A stretch of 64,000 nt of DNA from Octopus vulgaris. Its lineage: Eukaryota. The translations under genes and the position numbers were made by a program. Of this stretch, positions 44,438 through 59,235 are shown piece by piece. How positions within the stretch are numbered: the first letter of the stretch is position 1; the number at the start of each line of letters is the position of its first letter. Location of the stretch: contig OX597833.1 in assembly GCA_951406725.2 (NCBI GenBank), forward strand, positions 13,392,001 through 13,456,000, read 5' to 3'. A model generated the notes under the pieces. The model had not been told where the DNA came from and ran no database searches. It saw only the letters and a program-made list of their open reading frames with translations.

Positions 44438-45070
44438 AAGCGTTGTTGTTTCCTATCAGATGTTATCTTTCGACATGGGCAAAACTCCAAGATTTTGCCC
44501 GGTTTATTAATCACACCAACGTTTTATGTATAACGGCTTTATTTCGTTTTGTATTCGAGTACAGTTGTGTCTAGACGTATGTTTGTTTGTTTGTTTACGT
44601 TTCAATAAAAATGGTGTGGTTTTTGTTACTGTTACTCGGGATTATGGGAAGATGTGAACGTGTGGTTAATCTGACGAGTTTCAAGATAATAAATGCAACC
44701 AGCCCAGTTTCGCATATATTTTTTCTGAGATGTTGAAAATATCATTATTACGGTCTGTTACTGGTTTTATCGCAATCTGTTTATCGAAACGCTAAGTTGC
44801 GAGACAAGCAGAGACACAACATAAACTCCAAAGAAATTTTAACCACTTAAGCATTAGCACGAACGCACATAAATATTTATACATACATACATACATACAT
44901 ACCCCGAAATGTATGTATCCATCTACACCTATTTGTTCACAGCGAGAAATTTTCGCCATGGCCAAAACACAGCGAATGAATTCCTTACGGGTTCGAATAC
45001 ACCTCAAGCATATCAGAACTGGTAACAAGTTTATATTTATACACGTTACAGCTTAGCGCTTATAATCGGC

Positions 45071-45378
45071 CCTTATCAAAAATATTTTTAAAAGTTAAGT
45101 GTAATAAAAAAAAGTTCATAATTGTTTCTAACTGGTCTCAACAGAGTCTACATGGTGGTGTTTTGTGTGGGGAAGCATAATGGCTGTCTTGTGCGCTGAC
45201 TAGATTCGTTGGCTGTAATTTTTCACGATTACAGCCAACGAATCTAGTCAGCGCACAAGACAGCCATTATGCTCCCCCCACCACAAAACACCACCACGTG
45301 GACTCTGTTGAGACCAGTAAGAAACAATTTTGAACTTTTTTTTATTACACTTAACTTTTTAAAATATTTTTAATAAGG
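45071..45378. repeat. ~150-bp-arm fold-back palindrome (MITE-like), no HHR seen
   Basis: Arms 45071-45219 and 45228-45378 with an 8-bp spacer. Confidence 0.9.
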
Positions 45379-45851
45379 TTCGTTTTTTCAAGAAGGCTTC
45401 TTTCAGTTTCCGTCTTCCAAATCTACTCACAAAACCTTACTCAGCCCGAGGCTGTAGTAGGAGACACTTGGCCCAAGACACTAGGCCCAATGTGTCACGT
45501 AGTGAGGCTGAACCCCCGAATCATATGGCTGGGAAGCGAGCTGCTTACCACGCAGTCACGCCTGCGCATATAAGGTTGGCCAAAAGTCACCCGACAGTAA
45601 ATCAAAATTTTTTGAAAATACCATTTTTCGGAGTTATCGCTAAAACATTTACTAAGGTAGCCAACTGCAACAGTATTTATCATGTGTTCACGTGACCGAT
45701 CAGACTGCCAAATGTTACACATCGCTGGTCACAATGCGTTTTGCATTGTTTTACCTTTCAAACGACGCCACCCCGCTGGCCAGGCGAGCAGACCAACACC
45801 GCCGCACCCCACCGATTAAATGGAGAACTGGAACAACGCCACGCTAAGTGT

Positions 45852-46265
45852 GGAGAGCTTGCAGAAACGTTAGCACGCCGGGCGAAATGCGTAGCCGTAT
45901 TTCGTCTGCTGTTACGTTCTGAGTTCAAATTCCGCCGAGGTCGACTTTGCCTTTCATCCTTACGGGGTCGATAAATTAAGTACCAATTGCGCACTGGGGT
46001 CGATATAATCGACTTAATCCGTCTGTCTGTCCTTGTTTGTCCCCACTGTGTTTAGATCCTTGAGGGTAATAAAGAAATAGGTATTTTGTCTGCCGCTACG
46101 TTCTGAGTTCAAATTCCGCCGAGGTCGACTTTGCCTTTCATCCTTTCGGGGTCGATAAATTAAGTACCAGTTACGCACTGGGGTTGATATAATCGACTTC
46201 ATCCATTTGTCTGTTCTTGTTTGTCCTTTCTGTGTTTAGCCCCTTGTGAGTAGTAAAGAAATAGT
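45852..46265 (+). mobile_element. SINE family B dimer with 7-bp TSD, nested in an older minus-strand SINE
   Basis: One head and two bodies, junction AAAGAAATAG|GTATTTTGTCTG. TAAGTGT at 45845-45851 and 46266-46272. Confidence 0.88.
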
Positions 46266-46409
46266 TAAGTGTTTTGCTCAAGAGCACAATGCGTCGCTCA
46301 GTCAGAGAAGCGAACCGACGATCTAGCGATCGCCAGTACAACTGCTTAACCACTGGGCCACCCGCCTTCACAGGAACGTTCAAAGGAACGTAAATACTCT
46401 TTTTTTTTT

Positions 46410-46618
46410 TATTCTTTTACTTGTTTCAGTCATTTGACTGCGGCCATGCTGGAGCACCGCCTTTAGTCGAGCAAATCGACCCCGGGACTTATTCTTTGTA
46501 AGCCTAGTACTTATTCTATCGGACGCTTTTGCCGAACCGCTAAGTGACGGGGACGTAAACACACCAGCATCGGTTGTCAAGCAATGCTAGGGAGACAAAC
46601 ACACACACACACACACAC

Positions 46619-46709
<91 letters not shown>

Positions 46710-46867
46710 TACGACGGGCTTCTTTCAGTTTCCGTCTACCAAATCCACTCACAAGGCATTGGTCGGCCCGAGTCTATAGTAGAAGACACTTGCCCAAAGT
46801 GTCACGCAGTGGGGCTGAACCCGGAACCATGTGGTTGGTTAGCAAGCTACTTACCACACAGCCACTC
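46410..46867 (-). mobile_element. SINE family A
   Basis: Consensus match. Confidence 0.9.
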
Positions 46868-47377
46868 TATTTTTAATCTGTGAAGAGACGCTCCAGATTT
46901 CGAGGCAGCTGTTCATGGATGATCTCTCTCTTACCCGAAGAAACATTCAAAGAAATGTTTAAATCTAGAGTGCAGCTGGCCTCTGTAACTGTCCATCTGC
47001 ATCTGTGTGTGGATATATGTATACACGCACACACACATACAAGCACTCACACACAAGCACACATTCACATATGCTCACATTCTCACACACACTTATATAC
47101 ACACAAACACACAGACACACTTACACACACACACACACACGCTTATATACACACACAAATACGCAAAGACACACATACACACACGCAAATATACACACAT
47201 TCTCACACACACTTATATACAAACAAACACACAGACACACTTACACACACACACACAAATATATATACAAGTATACACACGAACGCACTCACACACAAAC
47301 GCACACACTCACATATACACACATTTTCACACACATATCTATACACATATTCACTCATATATTAACATATATAGATA

Positions 47378-47437
<60 letters not shown>

Positions 47438-47584
47438 CATACACACACGCACTCACGCACACACAAGCTCAGATACTCACCTATACACACATATTCACAC
47501 ACATATGTCCATATGCACACACACACATACACACGCACACATATATTTCCATAGAGAGCACACATACACATGTAGGTGCGTGTC

Positions 47585-47618
<34 letters not shown>

Positions 47619-47782
47619 TGTATGTATGTATGTATGTATGTATGTATGTATGTACGTATGAGTGTATGTGTGTGTGTGTGTGTGTGCATGCAGTCGACTT
47701 ATCGTTGAAGACGTTATATTTCATTACGGCTCCCTGAAATGTTCCTCAGAAACTATAAATTATGTATATATACATACACACA

Positions 47783-47867
<85 letters not shown>

Positions 47868-48034
47868 GGTAGGGGTTATATGCCAACAGAATGTGGCAGT
47901 CCTATAAAGGACGAGGTTACTGTTGTTTTAGCCCCAGGAAAACATCTTTTCCAGCTGGCTATCGACAGACAGCTTGTGTCCGTATAGCATTTGCAAGGGA
48001 AGTCATCGCTCCTATCTCTAACCTTACGTGATAG

Positions 48035-48074
48035 TCATAGACCTAGGTTTCTGAATTTTCCGTCATCAGTGTGA
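48035..48074 (-). ncRNA. Hammerhead ribozyme, core CUGAUGA, GUC site, in TA-flanked element 47868-48215
   Basis: TCACA-CTGATGA-C-GGA aaa TTC-A-GAAA-CCTAGG-TC-TATGA, palindromic ACCTAGGT stem III. Confidence 0.7.
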
Positions 48075-48230
48075 GACAACCACAAGTTAGTGATGAAAGC
48101 TCTGTCCACTTGCAAATACTATATATTTTTAAAGCGACACATTCTGCCACATTTTGTTGGCATATAAAAATTATTATCCGGTAGTGTTACTGTATTTCTC
48201 TCGCTCAGAGATTTAAACACACACACATAC

Positions 48231-48300
<70 letters not shown>

Positions 48301-48304
<4 letters not shown>

Positions 48305-48499
48305 GTTAGCTACTGCACGCATTTTTTCTCTCCTTCTTTCTGTGTTTTTTTTCTCTCTGTGTATCTTTCTGTTGAAGAGCGTAGGCTCGAAACGTAAAAG
48401 ACTTGTTTTATTTATATTTCCTGAGCGCCATACTAATACAATTGTTCGTTTGTATTCCACCTGCCTTCGTCTTTTGTCTATTTTCATAAAGCTTCCCGT

Positions 48500-48500
<1 letters not shown>
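48301..48500 (+). mobile_element. F1 HHR element (HHR 48364-48401, core CUGUUGA, GUA site)
   Basis: TCTTT-CTGTTGA-A-GAGC gtag GCTC-GAAA-CG-TA-AAAGA, with (TA)n on both sides. Confidence 0.78.
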
Positions 48501-48557
<57 letters not shown>

Positions 48558-48576
48558 TGTGTGTGTGTATGTATGC

Positions 48577-48612
<36 letters not shown>

Positions 48613-48999
48613 GCATATATATATCAATACATATATATATGCATACATATATATATACATACATATATATATATATATATTTATGTGTGTGTGTGTTTGT
48701 ACATACACACACACGCATAATACATGTACAATTGCACGGTTACTTAGTTACTTCACGTTTGTCTGCATGTGTTCATATGATTACATATATCAATTTCCAC
48801 CTTATCATTTCGGCTTGTCAATGTCTTCTATCTATCTATCTATCTATCTATTTTTCTACCTCTCCATGTCTATATTTGTCTGTCTAGCACTTTATCTACC
48901 GTTTTCAATCTGTCTCCCAATCAATCTTTCTGTTTAATCCTCTGTCTGTCTGTCTGTCTGTGTTTCAGTATGTCACTATGTCAATGTGTATGTATACCA

Positions 49000-49810
49000 T
49001 TGTTAAGTTTTATTTCAAGGTTTCTTGCCAGTAGAAAAAGAGCCGGTTTCTAACCTAGATCCAAGTTCTCTTCATTGGAATTTCAACATCAACAACAGGA
49101 TACTTTCGTTTGTATGTATGTGTGCATGTATGTATATGTGCAGATTTGTATGTTTTGTTTTATGTATGTATTCTCATGCATATAATTGCATATCCAGACA
49201 TGCTCATATATATTTAAATGATAAACCTCTGGAAAGTTTTACAGATTTTTACAGTTCCAGTGATGAATTGGATCTGTAGTCCTCGAATTAGCTTTCTCCT
49301 TTCTGGCTTTGAAAAGCCTAATTTCTTAAGATTTAGGCAGTGTTACATATTCCAGAGCCCCAATAATTACAGGTGTAAACCTGAACTTGTAATCTGGATA
49401 GAGTAACTGCAGATTTCTTAATAGTTCAGCGCAGGTATCCTGTTTTTCACTGATCTTCAGCTTTATGTTAGCATCCACTGGGCAGCTAATTTCCACAACT
49501 GTACACAGTTTCTCTTCTCCATCCCTAATCATTATATCAGGTCTATTGTGCTTACATTTATTTTGAGGTCTTCACTGGTACATTCCACCGGTATTCCTTC
49601 TTATTATGAGTGGCTATGGCTTCTACAGACTGTGGGTTCTTTATACTTTTTCCTCTGGGTTATCCCTCCGGCGGATTCCATGATAGAGTGCCCTAGCTAC
49701 AGCATCATGTCTCATCGGTAGATTATACCGGGATAACATTTTCCAACAGCTGCTTGTGATGAGTGGGATATCTTCGGTGTTAATTCCACAAAGTCTGCAT
49801 CTGTTGTCAC
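49000..49810 (-). pseudogene. 3' part of an RLE-type non-LTR retrotransposon (R4/Dong-like): CCHC knuckle plus PD-(D/E)xK endonuclease
   Basis: CRLCGINTEDIPLITSSC..RHDAVARALY, NRPDIMI..LCTVVEISCP..KISEKQDT..LLRNLQ..PVIIGAL. Frameshifted. Abuts (TATG)n. Confidence 0.85.
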
Positions 49811-49895
49811 GTATGTATGTATGTATGTATGTATGTATGTATGTATGTATGTATGTATGCATGTATGTATGTATGCATGTATGTATGTATGTATG

Positions 49896-49927
<32 letters not shown>

Positions 49928-50573
49928 CATGTATGTATGTATGCATGCATGTATGTATGTATGTATATATGTATGTATGTATGTACGTACATATGTATGT
50001 ATGTATGCATGTATGTATATATGTATGTATGTGTGTATGTATGTATGTATGTATGTATGTATGTATGTATGTATGTATGTATGTATGTATGTGTATGTAT
50101 GTATATATGTATGCATGCATGTATGTATGCATGCATGTATGCATGTATGTATGTATGTATGTATGTACGTATGTATGTAAGTATGTATGTATGAATGTAT
50201 GTGTGTGTATGTTTTTATGTATGTCTTTAGCAGTATTACAGTGGTGGCCACCGCGTCGATGTCTAAATATGATAAAACACGTCGTCAATAAAAACTTCTG
50301 TTACGGAATGCTGATAGAATAATTCGAATATAATCTCACTTAATCTTCTTAATACGACAACTGCCCGAGATTAGAAGCGTGATAATGAAATCAGAGTGTG
50401 CCTGAGTGGGTGAGGAGGTGTTAGCAAATATGAAAAGCGCCACCACGGTAATATTCGTAGTGTGTCCGTGTCTTTTCGCAGTATGTATGGCTATGTATGT
50501 GCGTGTGTGTCTGTGTGTGTGAATGTGAGAGAGAATGTATGTGCGTGTGTGTGTGTTATATGTATTAGCTGTA

Positions 50574-50609
<36 letters not shown>

Positions 50610-50732
50610 GTATGTATATGTGTGTATGTATGTGTGTGTGTATTAATGTATGTATATATGTATGATTGTATGTATATGTGTGTGTGTGTGTGTGTATTTA
50701 CGTATATACTTATATGTATATTATAATAAGAG

Positions 50733-50763
<31 letters not shown>

Positions 50764-50794
50764 TGTATGTATGTATGTATGTATGTATGTATGT

Positions 50795-51205
50795 AGGCGC
50801 AGGAGTGGCTGTGTGGTAAGTACCTTGTATAAAAACCACATGTTTCCCGGTTTAGTCCCACTGCGTGGCACCTTGGGCAAGTGTCTTCTACTATAGCCTC
50901 AGGTCAACCAAAGCCTTGTGAGTGGATTTGGTAGACGGAAACTGAAAGAAGCCCGTCGTATATACGTATATATGTATTTATGCGTGTGTGTGTTTGTATG
51001 TCTTTGTTTGTCCTCCTGGCATTGCTTGACAACCGATGCTGGTGTGTTTATGTCCCCGTTACTTAGCGGTTCGGCAAAAGAGACCGATAGAATAAGTACT
51101 GGGCTTACAAAAGAATAAGTCCCGGGCTCGAGTTGCTCGATTAAAGGCGGTGCTCCAGCATGGCCGCAGTCAAATGACTGAAACAAGTAAATGAGAGTAA
51201 AGAGT
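50795..51205 (+). mobile_element. SINE family A
   Basis: Consensus match. Confidence 0.9.
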
Positions 51206-51777
51206 AATGAGTATATACACGTATATACTTATATAGACACACAGAGACACACACACAGAGACACACACACACACACAGAGGTATTTACGTACACACGTGT
51301 ATGTATGTGCATGACCCCCAGACAGAAGATAAACTGTTTTCACTTCAAATTTTTTATAAATTTTTACTGATAATTGATAAGATGAGATACATCGAAACCG
51401 ATAATCTTATTTTTTTTATGTAATTTTAAAAATCATTTTTATCAAATTCCCTCTAAAATTGAAATGTTATTGCCTTACTTCTCTGCTATTTCCACCTTTT
51501 ATATCTTTTATATCTAAAAATTTGATTTGTATAGATCTCTAATCTATTATCAACCCATATATATATATGTATGTATGCATGCATGTATGTATGCTTGTAT
51601 GTATGCATGTATGTATGTATGTAAGTATGTGCATATATATATATATACATACATACATACATACATATGTATGTATGTATGTGCACACACATATATATAT
51701 ATATACATACATACATATACATAAATATATATGCATGTATGTATGTATGTATGTATGTATGTACGTATGTATGTATG

Positions 51778-51815
<38 letters not shown>

Positions 51816-52868
51816 CGCACACTATACGCATATTATGCATACATACCCAATACATACATACATACATACACAATACATACATACATACATACATACATAC
51901 ATACATACATACATGCATATATACACATACATATATCATATCTACACATACATGAACAAACGCGTTGTTGTTTATAAAATGATTATCCTAATGCCTTTCT
52001 CCAACACCTGCTCTTTTTAATCGGTGGAGCGTCAGAGGAAATGCCCGGCGGTATCCAGTTTCTCCTCTTTAAGGCTCCGATTTAAGAATTTCCGCCGTCG
52101 ACGCCACCTTACATGGTTTTCATTCAGTCTGGATTGATCAAATACTGTGATTCAGTTTACGATCACAGCTGTTCCAGCCGAGACCATCGCGTCTTTTCTA
52201 TGGTACTCCGTCGGTTACGGCGACGAGGTTTCCAGTTGATCCGATCGACGAAACAGCCTTACATAGCAGACCCAAAAGGGTCGCTCCCATAAAATTGTCG
52301 CCTGGGGTGGACCGGTCCCTAGCTACTTTATAAGTAGCACCGTGCACTTTCATCCTCATGTCTCACCCGGTTTCCTAAGTATATCATATTCCAAAACCCC
52401 TTTTTGTCTCCACTCCATATTACTTCCTCAAACAATGTTAACCCAACAAAACATGATGTATCTAGCTACATGTCTGCCACATCCCAACATGTAGCACCAT
52501 ATAAAGTCATCCTCGTGTCTCTTCTCGATCATCCTCCGACCTTCTTTTCATGTGTCCACTCCATACTGTTTTCCCAGACACTGTCAACTGAACAACCGTG
52601 GCTTTCCTTATCCAATATGACATCATTGCTTCGTTATTGCATTGTCTTGGAAAGACGAGCGCTTCCTTTAAACCCACCTGTAAGTTCCAGTTATTAGTAT
52701 TCCTGGCAGAATCATTTGCATGCCGGACAAAATGCTACCAAATTTGCTGGGTTTTTTTATCAAAATTTCAAATTATTTTAGACGGCGAGCTGGCAGAATT
52801 GCTATTATGCCGGACAAAAAGCTACCAAAACTGCTAGTATTCTACCAAAATTACTGCTTTTGTACCAA

Positions 52869-53160
52869 GGTGGAGGCACATGGCCTAGTGGTTAGAGCAG
52901 CGGTCGAGGGATCGAGGGTTCGAATCTCAGACCGGACGATGTGCGTGTTTATGAGCGAAACACCTAAGCTCCACGCGGCTCCGGCAGAAGGCGAACTTCT
53001 GCTGACTCTTTCGCCACAACTTTCTCTCACTCTTTCCTCCTGCATCTTGCAGCTCACCTGCGAAGGACAGGCGTCTTGTCCAGGTGGGGAACCTATACAC
53101 CAAGAAACCGGGAAACCGGCCCTTATGAGCCAGGCAAGGCTCGAGAAGGAACAAACAACA
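52869..53160 (+). mobile_element. SINE family D
   Basis: Homologous to 13351-13651. Confidence 0.88.
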
Positions 53161-53408
53161 AGATTTCAAACTATTGGCGGCGAACTAGCTGAACTGTTAT
53201 TATGCCGGACAAAATGCTATCAAAATTCCCGACCTCTTTTTTTCTGTTTTCTCCTTCGTATGCAGAAGACATTAGGGACAACATGGTGTTGATTCTCATA
53301 ATGTTGGGAGTACTGCATTGCAATTTTAATGCTATCAGCAAGGATACTGAAAAAATGGATATATGCCCGAATCAAATTCCACTCTTGCCTGGCGAACATG
53401 GAAGGGCT

Positions 53409-54040
53409 ACTTGAGCGTGCGGTCTATCGCTGTACGCGACTTAGCCCTAATCTTAACCTGATCTAGGTTAGGATTCTCGTTACGATTGAGGACAAGGTTT
53501 AGGTTAGGGCTTAGGGTTAGGGTAAAAATTAGGATTTAGGGATAGGGTTTAGGATTAGGGTAAGGGTTTAGAGTATGGTTAGGGTTTGGTTTTAGCGTCA
53601 GGGTTGGGGTTGAAATTAGGATTTAGAATTAGTGTTAGGGCTTATAGGGTAATGGTTAGGGTTTAGAGTTAGGGTTTAGGATTTAGGGTTAGGGTGGGTT
53701 AAGATTTAGAGATAGCGTCAGAATTTGGGTTTAGGGCATGGTTAAGTTTTGGTTTTAGCGTTGGGGCTGGGGTTGCCAATAGGATTTGGAGTTAGAGCTA
53801 GGACTTAGGGCTTAGGGTTAGAGTAAGGGTTAAGTTTTAGGGCTTAGATAAGGGTTTGGCTTTAGGGTTAAGGTATATGTTAGCGTTTAGGATTAGGATA
53901 TGGACTTAGGTTTTAGGTTATAGTAAAGATAAGGGTTTAGGGTATGGCTGGGGTTTAGAATTAGGGTTCGGATCAAGGTTAGAGTTAGGGTTAGACTGCA
54001 TGCCAAAGGGTAAATGACCAAGTAGAATGCACGCTAAAGT
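53409..54040. repeat. Degenerate (TTAGGG)n-like tract bracketed by imperfect inverted repeats
   Basis: TTAGGG/TTAGGA/TTAGAG variants at 53465-53995. ACTTGAGCGTGCGGTCTAT (53409-53427) versus GTAGAATGCACGCTAAAGT (54022-54040). Confidence 0.75.
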
Positions 54041-54584
54041 GACAATAACCTAATTATAATGATACAACACGATTATCAATTAGCCTTAACAGAAGTCTTA
54101 CAAAGCTGACTCGACAGAGATAATTGTTTCGTACTAAAACTAGAACTTGGAACACCTGGAAACGAGACTGAACAGAGTAAATTATTTAGTTCAGTGCTTT
54201 AGTGTGTCTGTATTTTAATTAGAACTCCAGTCTGATGTGTTTATGTTTTCCTACTAATTAGAATGGTTACGTTACGCAGCTTACGTCAGGTAGGTTGGCG
54301 AGGAAACTGCTCTTTCGATATTCTACGTCTCTGACGTCATCATTCGCTTATTCATTCAGACGTATCATCAACTATAAATATGTATAAATAAATATATATA
54401 TATATATTATATATATATATATATAACCGCATATTTATGCATGCATATGTGTGGATACATACATACACACACGCACACACACACATACACACACACACAC
54501 ACACATATCCGTAAGCAGATATATGTAAACATACATATATATATATATATATGTATATAAGTAAACACACGCACACATATATGC

Positions 54585-54663
<79 letters not shown>

Positions 54664-54816
54664 TGGATGGATGGATGGATGGATGGATGGATGGATGTAT
54701 ATATATGTATATGTAATATATGTGTATATATGTATATATATATATATACACACACACGTATGTATTTATATGCATACATGGAAACAAACAAGCATACGTT
54801 CTTTATGAAACTATAT

Positions 54817-54893
<77 letters not shown>

Positions 54894-55139
54894 TATATAT
54901 ATGATATATGTAAACATAATCATATAGAATTACACATACGCACACGCATATATATGTATGCTTCTGTGTATGTATGAACGTGTGTGTGTATGTGTGTGTG
55001 GGGGTATAAGTTTATTAGTATATTGGAATATTAGTATCCATCAGTCATCTTGTGTAATTGATATCTTGGCTTAGTACACTCTTTCTTATATTGATGTGCG
55101 CAGTGGAGGGGGATCTTGGAGGGAGCAGTGGTTGGTTAA

Positions 55140-55700
55140 GTCTGGTGTGGTGGTCATGAGGATGGTGGTGACGGTGGCAGTGGTGATGGTTTTGATAGTG
55201 GTGGTGGTGGTGGTGGTGGTGATGGTGGTGGTGGTGGTGGTGGGGAAATGGCGAGATGGTGGTGGCAGCGGTTGTGGCGGCGGCGGCGGCGGTGGCGTTG
55301 TTGTTGTTGGTGGTGGTGGTAGAGGTGGTGGTAGAGGTGGTGGTGGTGATGATGTTGATAACGATGGAGGTGGCAGTGGTGATTGTAGTGATAGCATGGT
55401 GGTGTTGGCTGTAGTAATAGCGGTGGTGGTGGTGGTCGTCGTCGTCGTCGTGGGGAGGAGATGCTGGGGGAGATGGTGGAGGAGATAGTGGTGATGATAG
55501 CGGTAGAGAAGGTGATGGTGGTGATGGTGATGGTGATGGCGGCGTTGGTGGTGAAGTTGATGATGGTGATGGTGATGGTGGTGGTAGTGGTTGTAGTGAT
55601 AGCGGTGGAGATGGCGACGGTGGTAGTGATAGTGGTGGCAATAGTACAGTTAATGCTGGTGGTGACGGTGGTGGTGGTGGTAGTGGTGGTGGTAGTTTGG
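55140..55700. repeat. (GGT/GAT)n degenerate tract
   Basis: Directly visible. Confidence 0.9.
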
Positions 55701-56405
55701 TGTCACTGTTGTTATGTAACACAGATAATGTTATTATCTCTATTGTTTATTCCTAGAATCAACCTTAGTGGTGTGGTGTGGTGCGGTGCGGTGCGGTGTG
55801 GTGTGGGGTGCAGACTAATGATTTAAAGCAATCCAACAGTGACCATTCCATCTCATTTTTGTTTTTCAAATATGGCGTATGCGGTCATATTTGTGAAATG
55901 CACTCCCGTTCCTGAAAATGATAGCTTGCGATTTGGGGAAGATTCAGTTGCACTCACACTCATACGAGTGAGACTCAGGAAGAAACTACGGGAGATATTT
56001 ACTAAGATATATACACCCGCAGATTCACACACACACACATGCATACACACACACATACACACACACACACACACATACACATACACGCACACACAAACAC
56101 ACACACAAAACACACACACATACACACACGCACACACAAACACATACACACATACACAAGCACACACACACATACACACACGCACACATACACAAACACA
56201 CACACATACACACACGCACACACAAACACACACATACACAAACACACACACATACACACACACACACAAAACACACACACATACATACACACACGCACAC
56301 ACAAACACACACACACACAAACACACACACACAAACACACACACATACACACACGCACACACACACATACACACACACACACAAATATACACACACATAC
56401 ACACA

Positions 56406-56439
<34 letters not shown>

Positions 56440-56755
56440 ACTCACACACACACACATGCCCAAACACACACAAACACACGCACAGGCGCGTACACACACA
56501 CTCACACACACACATATCCAAACACACACACAGAGTCAAACACGCACACACATACATACTACATATGCATGTATACATGCACGCATTCAGACAGCCATAC
56601 TGACAGACATATATGAATATAGACGCATGCGCGCGAGCACACACAGATACACTCACACACGCACGCCTGTACATATATAAATATGTGTGTGCGTGTATGT
56701 GCTCGCGCGCGTGCGTCTGTAGTTACAAAATAATTCTCGTGCCTTACCCTAAAGC

Positions 56756-56860
56756 AGCGGTTCCCAACCGGGGTCCACATGGAGCCCCAAGGTTCCAAAG
56801 AAGCTTTAAAGGGGTCCACCAGTAAAAAAAATTGTAATTTGAGGGTTCATATATAAATTT
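56756..56860 (+). mobile_element. hAT/Charlie-like terminal fragment
   Basis: CAGCGGTTCCCAACCGGGGTCC..GGGGTCCA resembles Charlie-type TIR and subterminal motifs. No partner end found. Confidence 0.45.
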
Positions 56861-57069
56861 TGTTGACTAGGAGAGGAGCTTATACTTTTTGAAATTTATT
56901 GAAATAAGATAGAGTCAACAAGAAGTAGCACAGTTAGACAGCTGTTTGATAATCACTAAACTTGCTTCCATGCGACATAGATCTTCATATCTACAGGATT
57001 TAAATTATGCAACGGTTTATCTGTATCTCTATTTTGTACTCTGCTACTACGTTCCTAATGGAATACACC

Positions 57070-57212
57070 TTAGGCCCTGCCCTGCTTAACATTGTCCCAA
57101 ACTGATTAAAGAAGAAAAGGATCCCATCACATTTAAACGGAGTCTGGACAGATTTCTTCAAGGAATACCAGATAAGCCTGGATAAAACTCACGCAACAAG
57201 AACTCACTACTC
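57070..57212 (+). pseudogene. CR1-like LINE ORF2 C-terminal fragment
   Basis: GPALLNIVP / IKEEKDPITFKRSLDRFLQGIPDKP..NSLL. Confidence 0.6.
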
Positions 57213-57598
57213 TCTTTTACTCTTTGACTCTTTTACTTGCTTCAGTCATTTGACTGAGGCCATGCTGGAGCACCACCTTTTTAGTCGAGCAAATCGACCC
57301 CAGGACTTATTCTTTGTAAGCCTAGTACTTATTCTATCGGTCTCCTTTGCCGAACCGCTAAGTAACGGGGACGTAAACACACCAGCATCGGTTGTCAAGC
57401 GATGTTGGGGGGACAAACACAGACAAACATATACACACATACATACATATAAACGACGGGCTTCTTTCAGTTTCCGTCTACCAAATTCACTCACAAGGCT
57501 TTGGTCGGCCCGAGGCTATAGTAGAAGACACTTGCCCAAGGTGCCACGCAGTGGGACTGAACCCGGAACCATGTGGTTCGTAAGCAACTTCTGCGCCT
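57211..57598 (-). mobile_element. SINE family A
   Basis: Consensus match. Confidence 0.9.
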
Positions 57599-57659
57599 AT
57601 ACTTGAATGGACCATAAATAAAACTTGACTTAAAAAGGATTTAGATAATCCTATCGTTG

Positions 57660-57738
<79 letters not shown>

Positions 57739-58160
57739 GTTTTTTCCTTCTTTCTTCATATTTTCTTCCGTTTCTCGCCGAGTGTTTTCCATATACCTTG
57801 GGCAGAGAGGCTCATTGTATGCATTCCCAGATTACACACGCAAATTCAGTTAAAATATGTATTTAAAAAATTAATAAATAAATAAATTCATGGATGGATG
57901 TTGTTTTCACAGCGATAATGCTCTTCTCAGTACATGCGTCGTTCCAGTTAATACGATTTTTTGCATTTCCTGTAGGGATGGTAAGTCTGGAATCATTTTC
58001 AAATAGGTTTCAGTACCTTTTTTTATCATTCCTAGAGATCCTACAATCACTGGTACTGTAGTCGCCTTGAGATGCCACATTTTTTCAATTTCTATTAGCA
58101 GGTCTTTATATTTACTAATCTTGTCAAATTCTTTCGCCGCTATATTGTGATCGCAAGGGG
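57739..58160 (-). pseudogene. Dong/R4-clade LINE 3' end terminating in (TAA)n
   Basis: Minus strand PCDHNIAAKEFDKISKYKDLLIEIEKMWHLKATTVPVIVGSLGMIKK..LTGTTHVLRRALSL*, then a 3' UTR running into the (TAA)n tract at 57663-57738. Confidence 0.85.
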
Positions 58161-58238
58161 TCCTGTTTTGTCCCTTTATGTTTCCTAATCATGTGTGTCA
58201 GCCCTTGTGGCCAATAAAAAAAATTAATTATTATTATT

Positions 58239-58361
<123 letters not shown>

Positions 58362-58534
58362 GTTATTATTATTCCGTCACTGCTTAGAACCGAACTCGGA
58401 GTCTTTGAGGCAATGCGCCAACATGGCGTATTGCCTTATAAACGGTCATCGGGTGTTTGATTCGAGGGACATTTGGCTGTTATTTCAAGCCGATTATGCG
58501 AATACTTAAACGCTCCTTAATTGATTAGTTCCTG

Positions 58535-59235
58535 GCAGTGGTTATGGTGTCGGCGTTGGTCATGCTGGTGGTCGTAGAAATATTTGTTAGGGCGGTAATG
58601 CTGCTGCTATTTATAGTGGTAGTGGTGGTGGTGGTGGTGGTGGTGGTGGTGGTGGTGGTAGTAGTGGAGGTGGTGGTGGTGGAAGTGGTAGTGGTGGTGA
58701 TGGTACTGGTTGTAGTGGTGGTGTTGGTGATGGTGGTGGTGACAGTGGTGGTTGTGATAGTGGTGGTGGTAGTAGAAGTAGCGGTGATAGTCGTCGACGT
58801 GATTGTGATGATGGTAGTAGTAGCCGTAATAGTGGTGGTGATGGTGGTGGTGGTTGTGGTGATAGTAGTAATGGTGTGGGTGGTGGTGGTATTGGCGGTG
58901 CTGGTGCTGGTGTTTGTGAAGGTGGTGATCTTTGCGGTGACGGTGGTGGTATTGGTCGTGATGGTGATGGTGATGGTGATGGTGATAATGGTGATGGTAT
59001 TGGTGGTGGTGGTGATGATATTGGTGGTGGCGGTGGTGATGGTGATGGTGATAATGGTGATGGTATTAGTGGTGGTGGTGGTGGTGGTGGTAGTGCTAGT
59101 GGGGGGGGTCGCCGTTGTCGTCATCGTCGCGTGGCACTGACTATTTCGTTGATAGTACTGGTCGACGCTGCTGTTGCTGCTGCCCCTGCTACTTCTGCTG
59201 CTGCTGCTGCTACTGCTGTCCTTGTTGTTGATGAT
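58535..59235. repeat. (GGT/GAT/GCT)n degenerate tract
   Basis: Directly visible. Confidence 0.9.

Noticed and set aside
51369-51410. TTGATAA-GATG agata CATC-GAAA-CCGA-TA (U3-A8-like)
   Set aside because: Stem II is good, but stem III is mismatched and stem I is unconvincing. Not called.
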